Source: a virus (taxonomy: Duplodnaviria > Caudoviricetes). From it: a stretch of 44,935 bases of DNA. Below are positions 1-7,986 of this stretch, piece after piece; positions within the stretch are counted from its first letter, which is position 1, and every line of letters begins with the position of its first letter. The DNA is taken from the IMG/VR virus record IMGVR_UViG_3300047313_000006, positions 1 through 44,935 of that record, one strand, 5' to 3'. Both the position numbers and the translations under genes were made by a program. The notes under the pieces are model-generated. The model did not search any database. It was not told where the DNA came from and saw nothing but the letters and a program-made list of their open reading frames with translations.

Positions 1-127
1 TTAGAACCTCATGCTTGCAATAAGAGTGCAGGAGTTCCGCGGTTTTTTCTTCATCCTCGATCGCACACTCGGTCTTGGCCGACATGAAAAATCCGCGTGA
101 TTCATACCGAAGCTCGGGTCCAGCTAC
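1..127. repeat. 127-bp terminal direct repeat, left copy (circular assembly overlap)
   Basis: Bases 1-127 (ttagaacctc...ccagctac) are identical to 44809-44935. Confidence 0.97.
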
Positions 128-253
128 GCGCTCCATGTTGAGCTTGAAATCATAGCTGCGGGTGACTTCCATTCTCCCGGTCAGGCGTGATATTCGTTCC
201 GCCGGTAAGTCCACCGGGATTTTGATTACTAAGTCCTGGTCGCTGGTGCTCAT
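1..253 (-). CDS. Hypothetical protein, 5' part of a 110-aa gene spanning the circular junction (MSTSDQDLVIKIPVDLP...TEVAKAS)
   Basis: ATG at 253-251 overlaps the TGA of the upstream gene. The frame stays open through base 1 and continues from 44808 to a TAA at 44731-44729. Not in the ORF track. Confidence 0.8.
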   Translation of the reverse strand, partial: MSTSDQDLVIKIPVDLPAERISRLTGRMEVTRSYDFKLNMERVAGPELRYESRGFFMSAKTECAIEDEEKTAELLHSYCKHEVL

Positions 254-669
254 GTTCTCTCGCTTTCATATCTAGCATTTAAGTCTGCGATCAACCTCGC
301 TGGATCAATGTTGTGCAGGGTCCAGAAATTGTTCCCTACCCGGTGGATCGCGCCCCGACCCTCCCGGTGATGTTCCGCGCAGAGGGGAATGCAGGTTCGA
401 TCATCGGACTTCTGGGAGATTCCACGGCGCCCGGTATGCGCTGCCTCAGTGCGGGTCTTTTGAATGTTGGAATATGAAACGCCGCTCCCTTCCAATCTCC
501 AAGGCAATATACAGACGCAGCAGGGCAGGCTCCGAATGAACTTCAGATACGCTGGGTCTTTCCCGATGCCGCGTTTGGTGGCGCTACGCAATGGTCTCGT
601 TCTCGCTTTCCACCAGCGGGACGGAGGGAGCCAGTAGTTCCGGCTCGGGGAGCGGCTTAGATAATTCAT
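250..669 (-). CDS. DUF968/Ref-like Zn-binding HNH-type nuclease (start uncertain, possibly TTG at 591)
   Basis: Motifs YLKFIRSLPCCVC, EAAH, QKSDD and CIPLCAEHHR are typical of this phage family. Confidence 0.7.
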   Translation of the reverse strand: MNYLSRSPSRNYWLPPSRWWKARTRPLRSATKRGIGKDPAYLKFIRSLPCCVCILPWRLEGSGVSYSNIQKTRTEAAHTGRRGISQKSDDRTCIPLCAEHHREGRGAIHRVGNNFWTLHNIDPARLIADLNARYESERT

Positions 670-1234
670 AGCTCAGGCGAACGGAGCGGCGGTAATCGCC
701 AAGGGTCATGCGGACATGGACCGGTTGTTCGTCGTCCAGGTCGGAATCTCCAGGCGTATACCTGTACCCATTCGCGACGGCCTTCAAGACGGGCAATACA
801 TCGCGCGATAGAAACCCAAGTTGCTGCTCTAGCGTGGCTTTCATCATGCGGCCCTCCGGCGCGGCCCCCTCAGTCAGAACATTCTCGGGCAATTCGGGCT
901 TGGGTAATGGCAAGCCGCGTTCTTCGTACCACTTCTCGCAGAGCGTGCAGATTGGGCGCGAAGTTGGGATCATGATGCCGCAATCGTTGCATTCGTGCTC
1001 CGGCTCCGGTACTGGGCAATTCTCGCAGTACCAGTGGCCCGCGCACTCCTCGAATCCCGCCTTAATCGCGCAGGAGACGCACCGGACATCCCCGGCGCCG
1101 CATTCCGCGCACTTGATGGCGCATTCATCGCAGATCGGCTTGTAGCAATTGCTGCATTCCTGCCAGGTGGCGAACTTGTGGCAGTCGCGGCAGAACTCTT
1201 TGGGGTTGAGTTGGGCTTCCTGTTCGAGGTTCAT
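584..1234 (-). CDS. Cys-rich multi-zinc-finger hypothetical protein, first gene of the leftward operon
   Basis: Many CxxC pairs in the N-terminal half; ATG lies directly after a predicted promoter. Confidence 0.75.
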   Translation of the reverse strand: MNLEQEAQLNPKEFCRDCHKFATWQECSNCYKPICDECAIKCAECGAGDVRCVSCAIKAGFEECAGHWYCENCPVPEPEHECNDCGIMIPTSRPICTLCEKWYEERGLPLPKPELPENVLTEGAAPEGRMMKATLEQQLGFLSRDVLPVLKAVANGYRYTPGDSDLDDEQPVHVRMTLGDYRRSVRLSYELSKPLPEPELLAPSVPLVESENETIA

Positions 1235-1239
1235 GCTTT

Positions 1240-1268
1240 AATCTAACCCACAATTTGCTACTTGTCAA
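1240..1268 (-). promoter_or_regulatory. Leftward sigma70-type promoter
   Basis: Minus strand: TTGACA (1268-1263), 17-nt spacer, TAGATT (1245-1240); ATG at 1234. Confidence 0.75.
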
Positions 1269-1274
1269 TACCTC

Positions 1275-1304
1275 TTGACACTGAAATAGAAAATAGTGTA
1301 CACT
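1275..1304 (+). promoter_or_regulatory. Rightward sigma70-type promoter
   Basis: TTGACA (1275-1280), 18-nt spacer, TACACT (1299-1304); ATG at 1313; lies in an AT-rich island. Confidence 0.7.
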
Positions 1305-1312
1305 TCAGGCAT

Positions 1313-1450
1313 ATGGAGAAAGAATCTGTTAAGGTTTCGGGTGACCTTCTAAAAACCCTGCGTAAAATCGCGGATCGCGATGGCATGATCCTCGGGCGCC
1401 TGATCGAGCGGCTGATCCGGGCCGGGATGGCCGTAGAGAACATAAAATGA
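1313..1450 (+). CDS. Small ribbon-helix-helix (Arc/CopG-like) DNA-binding regulator, 45 aa
   Basis: MEKESVKVSGDLLKTLRKIADRDGMILGRLIERLIRAG fits a beta-strand plus two helices; occupies the Cro-like position. Confidence 0.65.
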   Translation: MEKESVKVSGDLLKTLRKIADRDGMILGRLIERLIRAGMAVENIK

Positions 1451-1926
1451 ATGCCCATCCTCAGTATTTATCGGATGAAAGCAGGCCGTACTATGTGTAC
1501 TTCTTGCGCTCCGGTGATCTGGTAAAGGTGGGTTGCTCCTCATTCCCAGGTGACCGGCTTAGATCGGTAGATAAAAACGGGGTTCTCTTGGGATGCGTGC
1601 GTGGGGACTTCCGGTTAGAGGCCAAGGTTCATCAAAAAATGAGGCTTCTTTACGGCTCATGCTCGAAGGGCAAGGAATGGTTTGCGGCGCCAGTCGCGTT
1701 CCATCCTTCTGAGGTAGTTGATTTGCCGATGCTACAGCCAGCTTATGTTATGGACATCAAGCAGGCACACGGTCCAAGTAGGAGAACCGGCATGAAAAGA
1801 CTGACCGCTTGGGTCGAGCCAGCCCGACTTCGTGAACTCAAGAAGGACGCTAAGCAGAAGGGGCTGATCTTCTCTTTCTATCTAGAGAAGCTGTTAGAGG
1901 ATGCTTGGTTGAGGAGGAATGTATGA
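1447..1926 (+). CDS. T5orf172/GIY-YIG-like domain fused to a C-terminal RHH-like domain
   Basis: N-terminal YVYFLRSGDLVKVGCS...RL...LEAKVH...KEWF; C-terminal KRLTAWVEPARLRELKKDAKQKGLIFSFYLEKLL. Confidence 0.65.
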   Translation: MNAHPQYLSDESRPYYVYFLRSGDLVKVGCSSFPGDRLRSVDKNGVLLGCVRGDFRLEAKVHQKMRLLYGSCSKGKEWFAAPVAFHPSEVVDLPMLQPAYVMDIKQAHGPSRRTGMKRLTAWVEPARLRELKKDAKQKGLIFSFYLEKLLEDAWLRRNV

Positions 1927-2309
1927 AACTTTCAGAAGCGATTCGATTGGGAGCGATACTAGACCCGAAGGGGATGGGGCCGATGGCTGCACACGATGGG
2001 GCAGAAAGAACCTGCGCCCTTGGAGCGGCCCGTAAAGCCGTTGGCTTTGCTCACCATTGGGGCAGACTTAAGGAGGTGTGGCCGATACTTGATCTGCGAG
2101 TTACGATCCCGCGCGGATCCTTCTGGAAAGGGCAACATTGCCCCCTTATGGACGCCATTTACAAACTCAATGATGATGCTTTGTGCGAGTGGACCCGCGA
2201 ACGCATAGCCGAATGGGTAGCTACCATCGAAGCACAACAGGAATGCATTGGCCATCCGGCAAAGACTAACGCAGAAGACGCGGCGCTGGTTTCAGGAGCG
2301 GGCCAGTGA
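1923..2309 (+). CDS. Hypothetical phage protein (MKLSEAIRLGA...)
   Basis: ATGA-coupled to the upstream gene; CALGA and LND motifs seen in small phage proteins. Confidence 0.65.
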   Translation: MKLSEAIRLGAILDPKGMGPMAAHDGAERTCALGAARKAVGFAHHWGRLKEVWPILDLRVTIPRGSFWKGQHCPLMDAIYKLNDDALCEWTRERIAEWVATIEAQQECIGHPAKTNAEDAALVSGAGQ

Positions 2310-2677
2310 AGCATACGCCGGGTCCGTGGCTCATATCCCCGTACACCACCGGCCTTGATGAGATAATCATCGAGGAAAAGGCAGGTAACAATCGAATATG
2401 CGTGGTAACAGGCGATGCTGGCGAAGCGGAAGGACAGGAAGAATCTAAGGCCAATGCCCGCCTGATCGCAGCAGCCCCGGAACTGCTTGAAATGCTGAAG
2501 CGTGTGCGGCAAGGCTATAGAAATCTGCGGGAGTTCAAGTTGGTAAGCGCGTCCACTGAGGACTCACTGGAAGTGTATATAGCCGAGATGGACAGGCTCA
2601 TTGCGAAGGCTGAAGTCGTACGCCCTGAAACCGCCCCGGCGTCAGCAGAACCAACTTTGGTGGAGGCGAAACCATGA
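2306..2677 (+). CDS. Conserved hypothetical phage protein
   Basis: KHTPGPW and ANARLIAAAPELLE motifs, common in phage early genes. Confidence 0.8.
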   Translation: MKHTPGPWLISPYTTGLDEIIIEEKAGNNRICVVTGDAGEAEGQEESKANARLIAAAPELLEMLKRVRQGYRNLREFKLVSASTEDSLEVYIAEMDRLIAKAEVVRPETAPASAEPTLVEAKP

Positions 2678-2732
2678 AACTCCTCCGCTCTTACTGGAGA
2701 CATTACTTACTCTTAGCTTGGCTGAGGCATCA

Positions 2733-2969
2733 GTGAACGTCAACCACACCGTTTGCGATGAGTGCCAGCGCGTCAAGGGTGCGTCGAATCATTGGTTCAT
2801 GATTGGCGTAGTAAGGACATCGCTGGATGGCCCTATATCTCTATTGCTTGGGGATTTGGATATTGAATGGGAGGAGTGCGAATGTGAGTACCGCGACCTC
2901 TGCGGCGAGCAGTGCTTTTACAAGCATATCGGCAAGCTCTTGCGCCTGAACCCAACGGAGGCGGAATGA
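2733..2969 (+). CDS. Small Zn-binding hypothetical protein
   Basis: GTG start coupled to a 20-aa mini-ORF (2674-2736); CDEC...NHWF...DLCGEQC pattern. Confidence 0.65.
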   Translation: MNVNHTVCDECQRVKGASNHWFMIGVVRTSLDGPISLLLGDLDIEWEECECEYRDLCGEQCFYKHIGKLLRLNPTEAE

Positions 2970-3142
2970 GAACGCAAATAGAAGTCCAGTCGCTTCATGA
3001 CAAACTTGAGACTTTCAATCGCCGCATATCAGATTCAGGCAAATATGACGATGACTCTATGGCGGCATTCAATAACAATTCAGGCTTGCTGTGCGCTCTC
3101 AAGTGGGTATTGGGTGAAGACACTATTACGGTGTCGCAATGA
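2966..3142 (+). CDS. Hypothetical protein
   Basis: ATGA overlaps at both ends; GGAGG RBS. Confidence 0.6.
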   Translation: MRTQIEVQSLHDKLETFNRRISDSGKYDDDSMAAFNNNSGLLCALKWVLGEDTITVSQ

Positions 3143-3591
3143 GACCACCCATTCTCGATCCGGGGCGGCTGGCGCCGCGTATCTCGGAAGCCTCCATCCA
3201 GGAAACCTGCTCGCAATTCCTAGAGCTCGACGGCTGGCGCCGCATCCGCACAGACCTGAAGCATCTCCGCGGCATGGGAGTGCAAGAGAAGGGCATGGCG
3301 GACGATCTATTCATCCGATATTGGACGGGCTGTATCAATCAAATCGCCATGAAGCCCCCGTATGAATCTTGGGGACAAATCCTCTGGATCGAGTGGAAGC
3401 GAGAACGCGGCGGCAACGGCAAGCGCGCATTATTTACTAAGGCAGAGAAGGCCAAAATACATCAGGTCGCGTGGATCGAACAGGAGCGGGCTCGCGGCGC
3501 ATTGGTGCTTTTGGCTGGCGTGGACTTCCCGGCCACGATAGATGGCTTTCAAGAATTCTACAGGCAGTCTGGATTGAGGCGCAGGGTATGA
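3139..3591 (+). CDS. VRR-NUC / PD-(D/E)XK nuclease
   Basis: SEASIQ, KGMADD, WIEWKR and HQVAWIEQERARG motifs. Confidence 0.7.
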   Translation: MRPPILDPGRLAPRISEASIQETCSQFLELDGWRRIRTDLKHLRGMGVQEKGMADDLFIRYWTGCINQIAMKPPYESWGQILWIEWKRERGGNGKRALFTKAEKAKIHQVAWIEQERARGALVLLAGVDFPATIDGFQEFYRQSGLRRRV

Positions 3592-4256
3592 ATCCGTATT
3601 ATGAGCACGCGGGGATTACGATTTACCACGGGGATTGCCGTGAAGTGCTGCCGACGCTGCCGAAGGTGGATCTGGTGCTGACGGACCCGCCATATGGAGT
3701 GGGCGCTTCAAGTGGAACGGGGAAATATGGGCGATTGCGTGCCGCCTCGAGCGTCCACCCGGAATGGGATAGCCTTGCAGTGGACCTGTCTCATTTGCCG
3801 GAAGTTCCAACTTGCATATGGGGCGGTAACTACTTCAATCTAAGGCCATCGAGGATGTTTCTTCTATGGGACAAAGGAGCTGGCTTCGCTGGGCGTGACT
3901 TTGCAGAATGTGAGCAAGCCTGGTGCTCTTGGGATGGGAATGCCAAGATATTTCGCCGCGATCCATTAGCCTCTCGAGATTATATCGGGAAGCAGCATCC
4001 AACCGAGAAACCAATCCCGCTTATGGAATGGTGCTTGCGGCAGTTCCCTTGCGGCGGCGTTGTGGTCGACCCCTACAGTGGCGGAGGCAGCACGCTAATC
4101 GCCGCCAAGCGCGCTGGATTGCCAGCAATCGGTATCGAGATCGAGGAGCGCTACTGCGAGATCGCAGCCAAACGCCTCTCGCAAGAGGTATTCGAGTTCG
4201 AGCGGCGGGCGCATGAAACCGCCCCGGTGAACGAAGAACTGGACTTCGCTGGATAG
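3588..4256 (+). CDS. N6-adenine/N4-cytosine DNA methyltransferase (beta class)
   Basis: IYHGDC, LTDPPYG, HPTEKP, VVDPYSGGGST and IGIEIEERYCEIA motifs. Confidence 0.93.
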   Translation: MNPYYEHAGITIYHGDCREVLPTLPKVDLVLTDPPYGVGASSGTGKYGRLRAASSVHPEWDSLAVDLSHLPEVPTCIWGGNYFNLRPSRMFLLWDKGAGFAGRDFAECEQAWCSWDGNAKIFRRDPLASRDYIGKQHPTEKPIPLMEWCLRQFPCGGVVVDPYSGGGSTLIAAKRAGLPAIGIEIEERYCEIAAKRLSQEVFEFERRAHETAPVNEELDFAG

Positions 4257-4259
4257 CTT

Positions 4260-4610
4260 ATGGAACAGCAAGACCTATTCCACATCGGCCGCGATCCTGA
4301 AGTAGTCCGTAAGGAATCCCAGGACGCCATCCAGCAGGTAGAGGATAACGCCGAAGATGACTGGAAAGACCTGGCCCTGGAAGCGGTCCATGTGACCTGT
4401 ATGCAACGGGAAAGCTTCATCTCGGACGATGTATGGGTATGCGGCGATCTGCCGTCGACGCGCGAGGATCGAGCGCTGGGCCCGGTTCTCATGAAGGCCG
4501 CCAAGCTCAAATGGTGCGAGAAAACAGACAGGGTGAGGCCATCGCTGCGATCGCACATGTCGGGTAAGCCGGTCTGGAAGTCTTTGATCTGGAGGGCAAT
4601 TAATACGTGA
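4260..4610 (+). CDS. Hypothetical protein (possible winged-helix)
   Basis: Clean ORF in the operon; RALGPVL and VWKSLI motifs. Confidence 0.7.
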   Translation: MEQQDLFHIGRDPEVVRKESQDAIQQVEDNAEDDWKDLALEAVHVTCMQRESFISDDVWVCGDLPSTREDRALGPVLMKAAKLKWCEKTDRVRPSLRSHMSGKPVWKSLIWRAINT

Positions 4611-5482
4611 TAGATCTCGTTTCAATAATAAGTGCTCCGCCTCGGAAGAGGCTCGCGCGCGTGTTCCCCCGCATAACGAAGGCGACTCCGCAAGATGATA
4701 TGGCTTTCTTTGGGCCACCAGATCTATTTGTTGAGGCCGATGAGATCCACGTGAGCGTTACCTTCACTGCCGATATCCCCAAAGCGGAAGCGCTAGCAGA
4801 AGATTGGAAGCATGTGGCGCCAGTTAAGGTTAGCGGAAAAGCCTACGGGAATGTGGGGTTGGAATTTACCCCTGGTCGTTACATTAAGCATGGATACACA
4901 TTCACATCTCGCGGATGCCCGCGGCGTTGCTGGTTCTGTTCGGTATGGAAAACTCAAGGCAAGGCTACGCCTATCCCGATAACGGATGGTTGGAACATTC
5001 TGGATGATAATCTGCTGGCATGCCCAGAGCCGCATGTTCGCGCCGTATTCGATATGCTGCGGCGCCAAGGGCGGCAGATCGAGTTTACCGGGGGGCTTGA
5101 GGCGCTAGCTCTTCAGGATTATCAGGTTGGGCTACTTGCGGATCTCCGGCCACGCCCTAGTTGCTTTTTTGCGTATGACCCCGGCGATCCATTCGAGACA
5201 TTAAAGAGTGCAGCAGACCGCATGATTGAAGCGGGATTTACCGCGTGTTCGCACCGCCTGCGCGCCTATGTCCTAATTGGCTATCCCAAAGATACCTTCG
5301 CGGAAGCTACCAAGCGGCTAAACCAGATGCTCGGTATTGGGTTTACCCCACACGCGATGCTCTGGCAACCGGAGACGCCTAGCGCCGAAAAGCATCGACC
5401 AGCTCCTGAGTGGCGCACTTTTCAACGGCAATGGGCGCGTCCGGCGATTATTCATGCGACCCGCCATGGAACCGCGGCATGA
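4607..5482 (+). CDS. Radical SAM family protein
   Basis: TSRGCPRRCWFC (CxxxCxxC), LDDNLLA, GGLEA and YVLIGY motifs. Confidence 0.85.
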   Translation: MIDLVSIISAPPRKRLARVFPRITKATPQDDMAFFGPPDLFVEADEIHVSVTFTADIPKAEALAEDWKHVAPVKVSGKAYGNVGLEFTPGRYIKHGYTFTSRGCPRRCWFCSVWKTQGKATPIPITDGWNILDDNLLACPEPHVRAVFDMLRRQGRQIEFTGGLEALALQDYQVGLLADLRPRPSCFFAYDPGDPFETLKSAADRMIEAGFTACSHRLRAYVLIGYPKDTFAEATKRLNQMLGIGFTPHAMLWQPETPSAEKHRPAPEWRTFQRQWARPAIIHATRHGTAA

Positions 5483-5766
5483 GTCCACAGCCCGCGTGGG
5501 ACCCCGAATACCCGACTCCAGGCGCTCTCGCTTACCGCGACGGCTTCATACAGGGGGCCGCTGTTGGTGGCTTGCGCGACATACCCGGAGCCATTCTCTC
5601 GCGGGCGATAGACAGAGCCATAGAGCGCGGAGCAACGTCCAGGCGTGCCGGGATGGCTTTCGCGGACGTTTATTTTCGCATCCAGATGCGCCGAGAACCG
5701 CGCGGAGGGTACGGGGACGCTATAAATTATCTAATGGCTTGCTTCAATCGGGAGCTTGAAGTATGA
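5479..5766 (+). CDS. Hypothetical helical protein
   Basis: ATGA-coupled to the radical SAM gene; ends AINYLMACFNRELEV. Confidence 0.55.
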   Translation: MSPQPAWDPEYPTPGALAYRDGFIQGAAVGGLRDIPGAILSRAIDRAIERGATSRRAGMAFADVYFRIQMRREPRGGYGDAINYLMACFNRELEV

Positions 5767-5773
5767 TGGTGTT

Positions 5774-6128
5774 GTCCCAATCGCGTCAAGGGGTGTTACC
5801 GGAAACGGGCACCCCATCCGATCCGGGGCCGGATTGCACTGCGAGTGGGAACCATTCGACAATTCGCGTTTTGCGTGTCGCTTCGCGGGGAAACCACGTG
5901 GGGAGCGATGCGGATTTGCGTCTACCAGGGCACTGCTATACGACGCAGCCAGCTTTACAAGTCGGAAGGCGAGCAGTCGGATGTCTGAGAAATCACGTTA
6001 AGTTGCGACTTAGCCGTGGCTGCCTCAGAGACGCCACGGACGCGATTGGGGCCGGGACGGAAGTGAGGGGCATAACCCAAGAGCGCAGAAGATTGCTGTG
6101 CTGCTGCATGGGCAATCCTTCTGCGCTT
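5774..6128 (+). ncRNA. Putative large structured RNA of unknown class
   Basis: 14-bp closing helix 5774-5787/6039-6052 encloses seven hairpins, three capped by GAAA. A further long hairpin lies at 6081-6128. G-U pairs favour the + strand. Confidence 0.65.
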
Positions 6129-6154
6129 CCAAAGCCGAACCAAAGTGGAAGCAT

Positions 6155-6343
6155 ATGCCTGAATTACTGAATGCCTTCCCTGAATACCCGGATTGCATGT
6201 TCTGCTGTGATAAGGGCGTTACATTCGATGAATTTAACGGCTATCGGTTCTGCACGTGCCCAGCAGGAGTTTCTGCGGCGCGGTTGGGGCCGGCGATTAT
6301 CGATGAGGCCAATGAGGCCAGAAAGCGGGTACTGGCAGGATGA
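6155..6343 (+). CDS. Small Zn-ribbon protein
   Basis: CMFCCDKG...FCTCPAG motif; stop overlaps the next ATG. Confidence 0.6.
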   Translation: MPELLNAFPEYPDCMFCCDKGVTFDEFNGYRFCTCPAGVSAARLGPAIIDEANEARKRVLAG

Positions 6344-6555
6344 ATGAGCGCGAAAAAGAATTAGCGCGGCGTTTCTATATCTCCTTTCTTAGCTATAACT
6401 TGGGGATCGGCATGCAGTACGCATACAAAACGTATCTCGAAAAGGATCAGGATGTTGGGGCCATGTGGCACTATCTTGCAAAGGCAGCGGATGAGATCCA
6501 CGCAATGAACATGGAAGAAGCCTCGAAAAGACTTACGGAGAAGGTGATTCAGTGA
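6340..6555 (+). CDS. Hypothetical protein
   Basis: Start and stop both overlap neighbouring genes. Confidence 0.65.
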   Translation: MNEREKELARRFYISFLSYNLGIGMQYAYKTYLEKDQDVGAMWHYLAKAADEIHAMNMEEASKRLTEKVIQ

Positions 6556-7352
6556 GCTCGAGCCAGCCACAGACATCGGGAAAGGAACAAACCCTGGGGA
6601 GGGAGTTTCAGAAGCCGGTTACCTGTGGCTCGCTGGCGCCCAAGCCGCTCTGCATCGACCTATTCTGCGGCCTCGGTGGTTGGTCCGAAGGCTTCCTTGC
6701 AGAAGGCTATGACTGCATCGGCTTCGATGTCGAGCGCCATGACTACGGCTCGGGCGGCTATCCCGGCCAACTTGTCCTTCAGGACGTTCTGACGCTCCAC
6801 GGCTCGCAGTTCCGCAATGCCGCGGTGATTGTGGCGTCCCCACCGTGTCAAGCGTACAGCTATCGTGCAATGCCCTGGAAACGCGCCAAGGCACTGCCGC
6901 CGCCCAGCAATGAGCTATTTGAGGCGTGCTTCCGCATCGCCAGAGAAGCCGGCCATGTGCCGCTGGTAGTCGAGAACGTCAAAGGCGCGCAGCCCTGGGT
7001 AGGCCGAGCGAAATGGCACTACGGAAGTTTCTATCTGTGGGGTGATGTGCCGGTGCTGATGCCCAAGCAGCGGCCAAACTTGAACTTTGGGAAATTACGG
7101 AAATGTGAGTTTTGTGGCTATGAGTTCCCGGACGAGTTAGGGCGCTACGGCTGTCCAAATTGCTGCGGTGAAGGTCTACAGGGTAATAAACAACCAGGTC
7201 TGCGTGGGCACGCATGGTTCGACGATGGAATCGCCCGGTTCGGCTCACAAGACCCGCGCCGCAAAGCCGCCTCTGCCCAGATAGCCAAGATCCCGCTGCC
7301 GCTCAGCCAGCACATCGCCAGAGTCTACAAGCCCGAAAATCGTGTAGAATAA
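6552..7352 (+). CDS. C5-cytosine DNA methyltransferase-like protein (short form) with a Zn-finger insert
   Basis: Motif I IDLFCGLGG, motif IV SPPCQ, motif VI VENV; insert CEFC...CPNC. Confidence 0.85.
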   Translation: MSSSQPQTSGKEQTLGREFQKPVTCGSLAPKPLCIDLFCGLGGWSEGFLAEGYDCIGFDVERHDYGSGGYPGQLVLQDVLTLHGSQFRNAAVIVASPPCQAYSYRAMPWKRAKALPPPSNELFEACFRIAREAGHVPLVVENVKGAQPWVGRAKWHYGSFYLWGDVPVLMPKQRPNLNFGKLRKCEFCGYEFPDELGRYGCPNCCGEGLQGNKQPGLRGHAWFDDGIARFGSQDPRRKAASAQIAKIPLPLSQHIARVYKPENRVE

Positions 7353-7367
7353 ATCAACCGAGAATCA

Positions 7368-7769
7368 ATGCCAAAAGGCGGAAAACGTCCGGGATCGGGT
7401 CGGCCTAAGGGTGGAATCAGCCTATTAACCCGTACAGTTCAAGAGACTTGCGCTCGCTTGAAATGTGATCCGTTCGAGGGAATGGTAATCATAGCCCTGA
7501 ACGAGCTTCCCTGCGGAGTCTGCCGCGGCAAGGGCAAGACGCCATACAAACTGCCGAATGGAGGGGTGGGGCTGCGAACCTGCGAATCCTGCTATGGGAC
7601 GCTATTCGAGGCTTGCTCCCCGGAACTCCGCGGCAAGATGAATGCGGAGCTGGCGCAATATATCCACGCAAAGAAGAAAGCGATCGAAGTTTCCAACCCA
7701 GACGGCACATTAAAGCCCAGTTGGGAAGTGGTGATCCTGGAGGCAAGAGATGGAAAGAGCACCGAATAG
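7368..7769 (+). CDS. terS: Putative terminase small subunit
   Basis: N-terminal GGKRPGSGRPKG, C-terminal ELAQYIHAKKKAIEVS; lies upstream of TerL. Confidence 0.65.
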   Translation: MPKGGKRPGSGRPKGGISLLTRTVQETCARLKCDPFEGMVIIALNELPCGVCRGKGKTPYKLPNGGVGLRTCESCYGTLFEACSPELRGKMNAELAQYIHAKKKAIEVSNPDGTLKPSWEVVILEARDGKSTE

Positions 7770-7986
7770 AACAGAACCGTTCCCGCGCATTAGCCCGGTG
7801 ATCGATTTCTGTCTGCACAATCAGTATTTCATGTGCGATGAATGCTCTAGGATATTCCTGAAGGGGCAAGCGGCCGAGCGGGAGCGCTGCGCGAAGATCG
7901 CGGAAGAAATACAAGCCAAAGCCGAGCGATACCATGATACCAGTGATGGAGCTTTGATTGCCGCTGCGATCAGGAGCGGCAGGTGA
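7750..7986 (+). CDS. Hypothetical protein
   Basis: AERERCAKIAE...IAAAIRS motif, common in small phage ORFs. Confidence 0.6.
   Translation: MERAPNRTEPFPRISPVIDFCLHNQYFMCDECSRIFLKGQAAERERCAKIAEEIQAKAERYHDTSDGALIAAAIRSGR

Noticed and set aside
6020-6040. CTCAGAGAC resembling the group I intron R element
   Set aside because: No matching downstream S element or P7 partner, and no clearly interrupted gene.
5763-6170. 135-aa ORF over the structured region
   Set aside because: The protein has no recognisable motif and the DNA is better explained by base pairing. Not fully excluded, since its ATG overlaps the upstream stop.
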